Assembly: GCA_038087875.1 (NCBI GenBank)
Contig: CM075989.1
Coordinates: 11,098,001-11,162,000 of the forward strand
Length of the DNA stretch: 64,000 nt
Origin: Malacoraja senta
Lineage: Eukaryota
Direction: 5' to 3'
The notes below the pieces were generated by a model. The model saw only the letters and a list, made by a program, of their open reading frames with translations. It searched no databases and was not told where the DNA came from. The first letter of the stretch is position 1. Each line of letters starts with the position of its first letter. This document shows positions 50,500 through 62,945 of this stretch, piece by piece. The position numbers were made by a program, and so were the translations under genes.

Positions 50500-51722
50500 T
50501 CAACTTTGGGGCTTGAAGAGTCGACACTGGTGGCCTCTGGATTATCCTGGCAGAGCAGTCTTTACCTCGTTGTCTGCGGGCAGACAGAAGCACTGGCATC
50601 CCAGGCAATCCCTAGACACTCAGTAGTGGTGCTGGATGTCTAGGGCTTCTTCATGGCAGCTCCGTCTTGACCACATGGTTGCACTGGTGGTCACAGGTCT
50701 GTCTTCATCGACCCTGCAACAGGGAAACACAATCCTCCCATTCCTCCCCTCCTTGTTTTGTAGAGAGCAGGCAGACAAGGTTCAGGTGGCCAAACCCATA
50801 TCAGCTAATTCTATCCAGCTGGTACCAATGATGCTGGGAATTGGCCTCTCCTGGCCTGTCAGCTAGTGATAGGGATCAGAGCAACATCCAAAGGAGGGGG
50901 CGCTGTGACACTCCCAATTCCAACCCCCCCCCCCCACCACCACCACCTCCACCCACCATTAGCGATGATCGCAGGACTTGAGAGAAAAAATATTCTGTAC
51001 TATAGAGTTCTTCTTTTTGTTAGTCTCTCACCATTTTCTGTTCAGAATTCCAATAGTAATTGTCTAGTTACTTAGTTAAACATCTTTAAAAGCAAAATAA
51101 TTTACTTGGCGACCTCTGAAGATGTAGAGTTCTACTATGAATGCACCCATGGCGGTACGCTTGCTCAACATCAGAGACCAGCATTATTCGATCAACTTTG
51201 GAGCTTGAGGCATCGACGCTGGCAGTCTCTGGGTTATCTTGGCAGCTGAGTCTTTGCCTCTGCGTGTAAGCACAGACCCTCATTGGCTATGGGCAGATAA
51301 AGAGGCACTGGTACCTCAGACTTGCCCCAGCCGCTCAGTCCAAGCCGCAGTAGAGGTGCTAGATGTCTAGGGCTTCTTCGTGGCAGCTCAGTCCTGACCA
51401 CACAGTGGCGCTGGTGGTCTTAGGTCTGTGATAGGGAACACAGCTAGCAGGGAGGCACCACCCTGTTTCTCCCTTCCTCTCTCTTTCTTCCTTCTTCTTT
51501 CTTCCTCACTTTCTTCCACATTTTCTTCTGCTTCTACTTTCACCCTCTCCCCTCTAGCAAGAATGCTTGGATTTTATAGGCTAACAAATTTCAGGTGTCC
51601 AAACCAATATCAACTATTTGGATCCAGCCGTTACCAATGATGTTGGGCATCGGCCTCTCCTGGCCTGTCAGCCAGTGATAGGGATCAGAATGGCATCCAA
51701 GGGAGGGGTGGGGGCTGTGACA
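50500..51722 (-). mobile_element. Two diverged tandem LTR-like direct repeats (~50500-50910 and ~51192-51722)
   Basis: Colinear shared blocks (gatgtctagggcttctt, ggcctctcctggcctgtcagc, agtgatagggatcaga). Both start TGTCACAGC on the minus strand. Copy 2 has two CCAAT boxes and TATAAAA. Confidence 0.55.
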
Positions 51723-52755
51723 ACCCGTTATTACAATAACACCTCGCTTTCATTTAGCACCTTAATATTGTAAAAGTTATTGTGAAAGGAATTCCCTACT
51801 GGTTCATTTATGTCCTTATATGAAGAAAATCTACCATCAGGTCTTTTGTTGGATAACTCCAGTTTCACAGTATCATGGTTGATTCTTCAAAGTGACCTCA
51901 GAAACCATCTTGTCGATGACAATTGAGGGCTGATCAATAAAAACCAGTCACACCAGCAAGCCTGCAATCCAAAGGCTAATCTTCTAAAACTCAGTACGCG
52001 CCATTACCTTGACTGACTCAGTACTCACTAAACTATTCCAAAGCCTTGGATTCCCTACCCTTGGCTTACCTTCCTTTCTTTCCTTCTGCCCATATCCCAC
52101 CATGACATGAACAGGAAAATGCACAGTAAAGAAATGATGCCTGCTCCATGAACAACAGTATGGAATGAGTTAATTTGCCACACAAACAGGGAAGTGCAAA
52201 TTATGTTCACAAAAGATTTATGCTTTCTATTACAGCTTATGAGGTAACATGAAGCTGGCTGATTCTGTAAGAAACATTACATTTTCAAACACAGCTGCGG
52301 ATTTATGTACCATGATGTTGTGCTCTAATGCACCTTGATATTTCTACGTGCTTTATCCCTTCTCTCTCCCTAACAATAACACCCACTCATAAATGTACAT
52401 GCTTGCGCGTATGCACGCACATGCTAACTTAAACACATACATGTATATGTGCAAACATATAGATATGCTTGTTTCCTATCTCTATACCATTATGAAAAAT
52501 CGCACACTCACACACNNNNNNNNNNNNNNNNNNNNNNNNNNNNNNNNNNNNNNNNNNNNNNNNNNNNNNNNNNNNNNNNNNNNNNNNNNNNNNNNNNNNN
52601 NNNNNNNNNNNNNNNNNNNNNNNNNNNNNNNNNNNNNNNNNNNNNNNNNNNNNNNNNNNNNNNNNNNNNNNNNNNNNNNNNNNNNNNNNNNNNNNNNNNN
52701 NNNNNNNNNNNNNNNTCCATTATTTCCCTGACATAGATTCTGTCAATCGCAGCAT

Positions 52756-53342
52756 TGGGTGGCACGGTGGCACAGCGGTAGAGCTGCTGCCTTACAGCGC
52801 CAGAAATCCGGGTTTGATCCAGACTACAGGTGCTGTAAGGCAGAGTTTGTACGTTCTCCCGTGACTTCCATGGGTTTTCCCTGGGAGCTCTGGTTTCCTC
52901 CCACACTCCAAAGATGTACAGGTTTGTAGGTTAATTGTTTTGGTATCATTTTAAATTGTCTGTAGTGTGTGTGTTTAGGATAGTGTTAAATGTGTGAGGA
53001 TTGCTGGTCATTGTAGACTTGGCCTGTTTCCTCACTGTATCTCTAAAGTAAACCATTCTCTTATCCCTGTGCTGAACAACTGGTAGAGCTCCTACCTCAC
53101 AGCGACTGAGATCAAGGTTCAATCCTGACCGAGTGCTGTCTGTGTGGAGTGTGAACGTTCTTCCTGTGACTGTGTGGTTTATCTCCTACATCTCAGATGT
53201 GTGGGTTTGTCGGCTAATTGGTCTCTGTAAATTGCTCCGTGAGTGTAGGGGGTGGATGAGAACGAGTGTGAATGGGTGATCGATGGTCAGCATGGTCTCT
53301 TTGGGCCAAAGGGCCTGGTTCCATGCTATATCTCTAAACTAA
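52756..53342 (+). mobile_element. Two tandem V-SINE copies (~52756-53053 and ~53075-53342)
   Basis: Each has a tRNA-like head, V domain and ctgtatctctaaa/ctatatctctaaa tail. Confidence 0.8.
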
Positions 53343-54545
53343 GTGATTTGTCTTAACTTTTAATTATAAAGTATTCCAAGCACATTTTTAAGAAAAACAG
53401 GCATTTTTATCTTCATGCCTGAATGACCTTTTACCGTTGTTGCTTTTGGCCTCTGGCAGAATCCTGAGATTAAATTCCAATTCCTGTTTGTCCCTTGAGT
53501 ATTGGCAATCCCATTATCTCAGGCAAATGTTGTGCCTCTAGTCAGTTTCTCCTGCATAGTGCAGAATGCATGAGGGCTGTGGGGTGGTTTATATTTATTA
53601 TTGTCACGTGTACCAAGGTACAGTGAAAAGATTTTTCTTTTGCATGCTATCCAATTGAATTAGATGATACTACACATAAATATGATTATGTCCAACTTCA
53701 GTACAATAGGTGGAGCAAAGGGGAAGGTAGTACAGCATATGGTTGAAAAAGAGATTTAAAAGAGTGGAGCGGTTGTAACAGGTGATGGGCCACCCTCCTG
53801 TGGGAAGAGAATGCAGGGTCGCCCCACTCCGGCACGATCTTAGTTTTTCAGGAGGATGTGGGGCAGTGATCCTTCTGCATGCTGAGCTTCTTGTGAGTGT
53901 GGCACAGCGGTTAGTGCTGCTGCCACGCTGCTCCAGCTATCTGTTTAATCCCTGCTTCCAATGCTGTCCTTGTGGAGTTTGTATGCTCTTCCTGTGAACA
54001 CATAGGTTCCGTCCTAGGCTTTGGTTTCCCCCTCCCCCACTGCCTCGTATACCAAAGTGCTGGTGGTTTAATCCACCATTGTAGATTAGCCTAATGCAGG
54101 TAAATGCAGAAAGGAATGAGATTGAGAGGTAATAGATGGGCACTGAGTCGCAGTGTGATATTTGTACAGTATAGAAACAGGCCCTTCATCACACCATGTT
54201 CATGCTAACCTTCTAGCCCATCTGCATGAATCCTATTTGCCAATATTGGGTCCATAACCTTCTAGGTCTTGCCTATTTAAATGCCTGTCTGAATATCACT
54301 TAAATGTAGGATTGTACCCGAGTTCCAGATATCAGCCGTGCAATGTACATTGAATAAAGCTTCCACCTGAGGACCCCTTTAAAACTCCTTCGTCTCGCCA
54401 TAAATCATGCCAATTTGTTTAGAACAAATATCTTTTTTGGTTTGGTTTTTATTTTTTAAATGTGTAATTTGTATACTTGTCTGTGGTGGTGCTGCTGCAA
54501 GCAAGATTCCTTATGTATATGTACACTGAATGGCTTGATTGTAAT

Positions 54546-54846
54546 GTGTAGGAAAGAACTGCAGATGCTGGTCTAAATCGAAGGTAGACACAAAATGCTG
54601 GAGCAACTCAGCGGGACAGGCAGCGTGTCTGGAGAGAAGGAATGGGTGATGTTTCGGGTCGAGTCCCTTCTTCAGACTGATTTCAAGGGTGTGTGTGGTA
54701 CAGAGATAAAATGTAGTCGAAGATTCTATCTCTGTTCCATCCATCCTCTGACATCAGTCTGAAGAAGGGTCTCGACCCGAAACGTCACTCATTCCTTCTC
54801 TTCGGAGATGCTGCCTGACCCGTTGAGTTACTCCAGCTTTTTGTGT
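54546..54846. mobile_element. Penelope-derived fold-back insertion with intact minimal hammerhead motif
   Basis: Inverted arms ~54546-54680 and ~54752-54846. Perfect 15-bp TSD tggcttgattgtaat (54531-54545, 54847-54861). Confidence 0.85.
54756..54789 (+). ncRNA. Minimal type I hammerhead ribozyme motif (Penelope-associated)
   Basis: AGU-CUGAAGA-A-GGGU(CUCG)ACCC-GAAA-C-GUC-ACU: conserved core boxes, 4-bp stem II, palindromic ACGU in place of helix III, predicted cleavage after C54786, 3-bp stem I AGU/ACU. Activity untested. Confidence 0.65.
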
Positions 54847-55149
54847 TGGCTTGATTGTAATCATGAATTGGCTTTCCGCTGGCTGGCTAGCACGCAACAA
54901 AAACTTTTCATTACCTCTGTACATGGGACAATAAACTAAACCGAACTGTTTTTGTATTGAACCTTTACCACACCATACTTGTGCATGATGATAAAGTCTA
55001 CTTGTTTTTGATACCCAAGGCAAGTGAGAGGGGAGAATTGCAGAGCTACAGGGAAACAAGAAGAGGAGAAAACAAGACCGATAGGATTGTTCCTCTGGGA
55101 GCAAACATGGGTCCGGTGGGCTGAATGGCCCTGTGTATAGTGGTTAATA

Positions 55150-55645
55150 ATTGTTGTCAAGCTGGAAAGGGTACAGAGAAGATTTACGGGGATGTTGCCA
55201 GGACTAGAGGGTCTGAGCTTATAGGCAGTATGCTGGGACTCTATTCCTTGTAGCGCAGTGGGATCGGGGGTGATCTTGTAGAGGTGTATAGGTTCATGAG
55301 AGGAATAGATTGGGTAGATACAAGTCTCTTGCCCAGAGTTGGGGAATCGAGGACCAGAGCACGTGGATTTAAGGTGAAGGGAAAAAGATTCAATAGGAAT
55401 CTGAGAGGTAATTTTTACACACAAAAGGTGGTGGATATATGGAACAAGCTGCCAGAGGAGGTAGTTGAGGCAGGGACTATCCCAACATTTAAGAAGCAAT
55501 TAGACAGGTACATGGATAGGACGGGTTTGGAGGGATATGGATCAAATGCTGTCGGGTGGGACTAGTGTAGCTGGTACATGTTGGCCGGTGTGGGCAAGTT
55601 GGGCCGAAGGGCCTGTTTCCATACTGTATCACTCTATGACTCTAA
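55150..55645 (+). mobile_element. CR1-clade LINE 3' fragment
   Basis: ORF 55284-55565 reads ...SRTRARGFKVKG...FYTQKVVDIWNKLPEEVVEA...FKKQLDRYM; tail gggccgaagggcctgtttcc is shared with V-SINEs. Confidence 0.85.
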
Positions 55646-58600
55646 GTACCTTGGGCTGCGATGTCAGTGAAATAGCTTCACAAGCAGCATCTAGTGAACA
55701 CTTGGATTATTCAGGAATCTAGGGTATGTGGCTAAACTGAACATTGCTTTATAAAATTCACAATGGTTCAAATAGTTCTTCTGAGATTAAGGTTAAATGT
55801 TTAAAGAAGATGATTACTGATTAAAATCTGTTTTTCCTCTGTGGCTCTCTACTGCCCCCGCCTGTTAGTTTCAGTAAACAACCATTACTCATTATCCAAG
55901 AGCACAGAATGAGGCCATTTATCTCAAATATCTGCCAGCGCTCTCTTTAGTTTCATACAATCCCCTTTTGAGATTTCTCACCAGATCAGAATCCTCTGCC
56001 ATTTAAAGCGGCATGTTGCACATCACAACTCCAAGAATTGATGGAAAAATCTCTCCATTGGTCTGAAGGAGGGTCCTGAAAAATCACCCTCCACTGATGT
56101 GCTAAGTTCCAGCAGTGTATTTGTTTTTCTCTTTGCCTTTGCTCTGGATTTTTTGCATATAATTTTACCCACTGCCTTCACTAGTGACACACACTCCTGG
56201 CCATGTAGTTTTCCACTCCATCTGTCAAGCCAATCTGGTTTTGAATGTTGAGGAAAGAACTGCAGATACTGGTTTAAATCGAAGAAAGACACAAAATACT
56301 GGAGTAACTCAGAGGGACAGGCAGCATCTCTGGAGAGAAGGAATGGGTGATGTTTTGAGTCGAGACCCTTGTAGAGCCACTGCCAGACACCTGGGTTCAA
56401 TCCTGTCCTCGGGTGTTACCTGTATGGAGTTTGTATGATCTCCCTGTGACCACATTGGTTTCCTGCCACATCCCAAAAATGTGGATTAATATTGCACCTA
56501 GTGTGTATGTGGATGTTTGTGTCTGTGGACATCTATTGGAAATGTCCTGTTTCTGTGCTGTATTTCTCCGACTGCATGAGCTGTCCTTATCTTTATCCTC
56601 AGGGCCACTCCACTGGCATTCTTGGGACCATTCTGCTGAATCCTCTGTACTCCCTTCAAGGTCTTCCATCCTTGTGCTACTCTGTGTGATGTCCTGTGCT
56701 GATTTAATACACCGGTGATTGAAACTGTGGAGCTGCAGTAAATAGGAGAATAGAGTTCTAGGCCAGGATGGTGGGGCTGGAGGATGTTAGAGGCGGGGTG
56801 GGTGTTGAGGGATGTTGGGTTTAGGTAGCCCAACTTGCAGAATGGTAGGTGAGGTGTAAATGTGTGGAGTTCTCCGAGCTAGGCGCACTCCTTTCTCCCG
56901 TGGTATTGTTGTGCTCTCCGCTGGAGGTACCAGATTGCAAGTGGTGTACTTGTGATTGATCCGACATCCCGCACTGCATTGTTTTTCTCCTCCCACCCCT
57001 TTACAAAGCTACCTGGCAATGACTGAGCGATCACCCTTCATGATATTAGTCAATCTAACGGAGCTCCCATGGTTCTGATTACTCTGGAAACACTGAATCG
57101 TTCACTCGGACAAAGGTGACGCCTAGACAATGTGTTAGCACTACTTGCACTATCTGTTTTAAATGTGGATATCCCGGTGTTTCAAGGCAGGAATTCAAGA
57201 TTTCCAAATGCTGTGCAGAAGGAGTCCCATCCAATGTTATCTCCTTTGTGTTCATTGGGCACCTACTGTGGGAATGGGGTGTGTGTTATGCTTTGTTCTT
57301 GCAAAGGAAGATTCCCACCAAAAGCTGATTTGGAGAGTTCCCTGGAGGAAGTGAGTGTTGGTTCCTGATCTAGGAATAGCCCATTAGAGCGGGGCTGAGG
57401 ATGACTGTCTCTGTTCCAGGCCTGTGGGGAGAGGGGCTCTGGTTTGGAGATCTTCTGTCTTTCCTGCCACACAAGATCCTACAGTACCGATACTGCCTTG
57501 GAACCCAGGTTGACCTTCCACGACGATCAGTTGGAGAGACCTGAATACGACTTAGAATTATAGCAGAATGGTTTACTGGTCTATATCACCTGATTAATGT
57601 CCATGTCAATTTACCTGGCACTTCCATGGTGTACTTGTGAATTTGAAAAGGAGAATACTGTTGGGTTATTGGGAAAGAGTGGGAACATGGATTGAGTTGG
57701 ACGTCTATACCTACTTCCATGCTTAGGGCTTCAATGAGTCATCAAAACTTGAGAAACTCTCCTTGTTCTTTGTTATTGATTGGATTAAAGTTTCAATCTC
57801 CTTCCATTTCCATGCTCTCAACCTTTGACCCAATTCTTGTGAAAATCTGCTGCACACTTTCCTTCTTGGTAATGATCATGAATTAACTTTCATACTCTTC
57901 GTTCTTTGATATTCTTCTTTCCTTAAAAGTCCATTATCAAACAATGAGAATGTAATTACACAGTGAGCAGTGTAGGACATGCATTTATACTGCCCACTCA
58001 TCGCTGAGCTAAAGTAATGATAATTATCTGGAAGGGAATAAAGAATAGGCATGGAATGGACATCATACTGCTGTTAATTATGCTTTGTGAGGTATTTCAC
58101 TTTTCTTACAGCAGACACAGCAGCTATTAAGCTAAAAGGTGCAGCTGTTAAGCTAAGAGGCATCGTTCCCTGGTCTGTCTCTGAAATGGGAAAATGGTTT
58201 CTTTAAGTGCTACAGAAGTGGGTACAATTACAACATTTAAAATAAATTTGGACATATATCAAAATGAAGAGTTCAGAGGGCTATGGGCCAATGCAGGGAA
58301 GTGGGATGAACCCAATATGTCAACGAGGTGGGCTGAAGGGCCTGTTTCTATGTTGTTTTGCTCCATGTTGAGGAACCTTGGCTTTTTCTAATTTACTTTC
58401 TCTGGACATTTGGAGTCAATAGGTCCACCCTCTCCTATTTGGAGAACCAATTTCTGTGTATCTTTCGTAGTGGGGAATTATGAGATGCTTTCTCCAGTAA
58501 AGTGGGTGCTGGGGAGATTTACCACGATTTTGAAAAGGAAACGAACTGCAGATGCATTAATTGGAAATGCTTACATCTGCATCTGTGGAAGGAAAACCGG

Positions 58601-61600
58601 TCAACTTTTCAGGTGTGATTCCCTGACAGGGAAGCACAATTACATTTCTGCCAGTCATCTATCTGTGACATTGGCTCAGATTTTTTCTCTATTAGTACAG
58701 CCTAACCTGTTGGGCACATCCATTAGCCCTGCTAGTAGCAACTTGTGACTTGGGCAAAGAAGTATAATCTGTCTCTGACTGACACAGTTGATTCATTTGT
58801 TCTCATCCTTTAAGAGATAGTCCCTTTGATGGTCCTCTCACCTGCTAGTGTCGTCATGACCACCCATCTACCTCATTAGAGATCTTTGAACTATCTTTTA
58901 AATTGTTCTGTTTATGCTGTATCTGTACACTGGACAGCTTGATTGTAACAATGGCTAGTCTTTTCTTTGACTGGATAGCACGCCACAAAAGCTTTTAGCT
59001 GTACCTCGGTACATGTGGCAATACTAAACTAAATGTTGGCAGTGCAGCAGCTAATTTCTCCACAACACGAGACCCCAAATGAAGGCAGCAGGGATCTTAG
59101 TGGGGGCTTTATTTAGTTTGGAGATACAGCGTGGAAACTGGCCCTTCGGCCCACCGAGTCCACGCTGACCAATGATCCACGTACACTAACGCTAGGAACA
59201 ATTATACCAAGCAAATTAACCTACAAACCTGTACATCTTTGGAGTGTGGGAGGAAACTGGAGCACCTGGAGAAAACCCACGCAGGTCATGGGGAGAATGT
59301 ACAAACTACTTGCAGAGATGGATCGAACCTGTGTATCTGACGATGTGAAGCAGCAACGCTATCGCTGTGCCGTCTTGGGAGGGGGGGGGGTGGAGGGAAT
59401 ATCTGCACTGACAGAGTAGCTACCCCCCCCCCCCTAACCTTAACTCTATGCTCCATTATCTGAAGTGGGGCGAAAGCACAGCCCCCTCATGTAGAAAGTC
59501 CTGGTCAGCAAGTCTTAAGCCCAAAATCCAGAGCCCATTACCTTGCTGCCCAGACTGCAGTAACACAATCAGCTGAGAGAGGAAATGGACTTTGTTCAAT
59601 ACTTCATCCTTTATGATCCACAGTTACTGAGAGATCACCAGTCCACAGTGAGCCTCCAGCGCTTGGTGTTAAAACGTTTCCTCTGTTTCCTTTATTAGGC
59701 TTAATTGCATTGTATGTTTCCCTGAGGGTTTTCAGTTGATCTGTTTACTCCTCTGGGATATGAGTGGCACTCAAACCACACCTATCATTGAATGTCATTA
59801 ATCGTGTTGAGCCAAAAACGATGTCACTAAACCGAGGCAGTAGCCTAAAGCCACTGCAGGTCACGGGAGACATCTGGTCAGTTTCAGTCTCTGTGTAGCT
59901 GATGGTTTTATTGGGAACATTGTTAGTTTGAGGGGCTTGTGCAACATGCTCGAGCAAGGCAACCCAATTCAATCAGAGGTTTGGGTTTAATGAGTGTGGT
60001 TTCAATCAGCCTCCCAGCTTCACTTCGCTAGGATCTGCCAATGACCTTGCATTTGAAGGGTGTATCCGAGCTGTTGAGACCACCCATGACTGGGTTCGGA
60101 TCTGGGTCAGTGCTATTTGGCCCCAGCTGCAGGCAGTGTACCCAGCAGCTGATCCCACCAGTCCTTGGTCTTGGGAAGGCAAGTGATACCCAATTCTTCA
60201 TCCTTGAGCCCACACCGTTCACGAGCTGAATCCTTCTCCCAGATTTGGATTTACTCCAGTCTCCTCAACATGAGGTACTTCACTGGAGCATTGCAGTTTG
60301 CTGTGATCCCTCCACAGAGATATTAGGCAGAGCATTGAATGCAGTTCCTTGCATAGCGGAGGTATGCAAACTCATTGCCAGGTAAATGGTGGGCATTATA
60401 ATGTTGTGAGAATCCACGTCAGGATCAGGCTTGATTCTCTGAAATTCCTTCACAAGTTCACTATGTGGAAGAGACTTTCCTTAAAACAAACCCTTGGACC
60501 GAGCCAACATGGCACTACACTCCTGTGTCTCCTCTTGGAACACATTGGCTGTTATAAGGAAAATTGTTCTTGAAATGTTTGGGTATCCGTTTACTGACAT
60601 TGTTTAAAACAAGCTCTCTGAAGGCTGGCTTAATGAGAGCAAAGGGGAGATATTACAGGTGTGTCTTGAGCAATAATGCCCAAAGTGTGCTCCACAACTT
60701 GTGAAGCATTGTACTGCGATGTTTGGGCTGCTTGCTGAATGGGCTCCGTACACAGAAAGCTTTAAGAAGTAAAGCCTTTGTCCTTTACTAAATACGTTGC
60801 TGTTCATTGATCCCCTGAGCAGCTGCTTCTGCCTCCGTGATTACAGAAGTTTCCTGAGCTGCGGCAGAAAACGTCTTGAAGGGATTCCCCTCCCCCCTCG
60901 CTCCTTCCCAGAAAATGCAACGAATGATGAAACTCCAATGTACAACAGATGTGGAGATGCCCACACAGGGAAACAGCTGGAAAAACAGCTGAACTGAAAG
61001 TAATGAGAAGTGAAAAATGAGGGTTTAATGCAGCCTAAAGAGGAAACGCACAGAGCCTGTGTAGCTTCAGTTTGAATATCTACTTCTACTCGGGATTCCT
61101 TAGATTAATGAATACCAAGAGTGCTTACATGGCTGTAATCAAATTAATATATTTCCATGTTCTTTGTATAAATAGAACTAGCAATGTTAGATTGCAATTC
61201 CACTGTTTGCCTTCTTCCCTTTCCTGCAGACTAAATTCTTCCTCTGAGTGCAGTAGTGTTTGCACACTTCTGGAGTTGACTTTCATTGAAGTCCCAGATT
61301 GTGTTGCATGTCTGAAACAAACAGGAACAATTTATTTCTGAAACTGAGTCCAAGCGTAGAAAGTGCCCCTTCAGCCCGCAAAGTCGTATTGATGGGTGCT
61401 TGATCCTTCTTCCAATAATACCTCAATCCATTTATTCTCTCCATATTCCCATCCACACTCCCCAGATTCCACCACTTGCCTACACATCAGGGGGAAAAAT
61501 ACAAAGGCTTATTAACAAAACCTATCAACCCACACATTTTTAAGATCTGGGAGGAAACTAGATCACCAGGAGGAAACTGGTCAGGGGGAGAATATACAAA

Positions 61601-62060
61601 CTTCACACATACAGGTCAGGATTTAATGTGGAGCTGTGTGCTCAACATGGTGTTCTATTGTTATCTGTAGTAAGATACAGTGAAAATGTGTTTGTGCACT
61701 ATCCAATCAAATAATATTATCTACAAATACAATCAAGTCATACACAAGTACAAAGAGTGCAAAAGGAGAAATAGAGTGCAAAATAGTTTACAGTTGGTGA
61801 AAGTGCAAATGAGAAAAATTGCAATGGTAATAACAAGGTAGATTGGGAGATCAGGACTACACCCTTGGGTTATGTGTTTACCTTAGTTTATGTGCCAGCC
61901 CACATATTTTAATTTCTCCCCATCTCTCACATAAGCACTGTTCATCCTGTATGGATGTTCCCCACCTTGCTCATCAATGCTCACTTCATCTAACAAATAA
62001 ATTCTTCACTACATGACTTCCTTTGTCCAGGTGGGGTTTTGCACGAGACATAATCTACCA

Positions 62061-62945
62061 TACAATACAATACGGTTTTATTTGTCACATTGCACATAAA
62101 GTGCAAGTGAAATGAATTTGCCAGCAGCGGTACAATGATAAAGAACACACAAAACACACTTAAAAAATTTAAAACAAACATCCACCACAGCATTCATCAC
62201 TGTGGTGGAAGGCACAAAATTTGGCCGGTCCTCCTCCATTTTCCCCCGTGGTCGGGACCTCAACCCTCCGCAGCCGTCGCTGCGGGCGTCCAGATGTACA
62301 GACAGGTAAAAGTCCAGGTAAGTCCAGAGTCGGCTCTTCCCCACCGGCGACCGCGGCTTTAGGTTGGTGTAGGCCACAGGCCGGCGGTCGAAGATTTAAA
62401 GTCCCCACTGCGCCGCAGCCAGAAGCACCGCAGACCGCAGGGCCGGCGGTCGAAGCTCCCCTCCAGCCAAGCCAAGCCGGGCCCGCGGTAGAAGTAGGCC
62501 GCGGGCCGGCAGTGGTGGCGTCTTCTTCTCCTGGGTCCCCAACGAGGGACCCCAGGCTGCGAACGCCGCGCCAGCTGGAGCTCTGCAGACCGCAGCTTCA
62601 GTATGCCGCGGGCCAGCGAACGGAGCGCTCCCATCCGGCGAGCCCTGGCGAGGGCTCGCCCGCTCCAAGCCGAGAGTCCACACTGCGCCCGCCGCTGAAG
62701 CCCTGGGCGCGTCTCCGGGAAAGGCTGCCCAATCCTCGATATTAGGCCACAGGGGAGGCGACCTGGAAAAAGTCGCCTCTCCGTGGAGAAGACCAAAACG
62801 GTTTCCCCCTTACCCCCCCACACCACCCCCCACACAAGACACACAAAGAAACATTAAAAACATACATTAAAACATACTAAAAAAACAAAAAAAGTTGAAA
62901 AGACTAACAAGCTGCTGACAGGGCTGCCGGCTAACAGCACCCCCA
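62061..62945 (-). mobile_element. Young GC/CpG-rich non-autonomous retroelement with LINE-type tail
   Basis: Minus strand ends gtgacaaataaaaccgtattgtattgta (AATAAA plus (ATTGT)n). CpG-rich core 62220-62790; no credible protein. Confidence 0.55.

Noticed and set aside
56490-57560. Possible second gene or retroelement ORF
   Set aside because: Only short, unconnected ORFs with no convincing motif or splice pattern; probably an old decayed element that cannot be named.
62735-62790. HDV-like ribozyme at the 5' end of the GC-rich element
   Set aside because: Only a simple hairpin could be drawn; the nested double pseudoknot was not found.
62221-62844. Overlapping 161-174-aa ORFs on both strands
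   Set aside because: Stop-poor GC-rich repeat interior with no recognisable protein motif.
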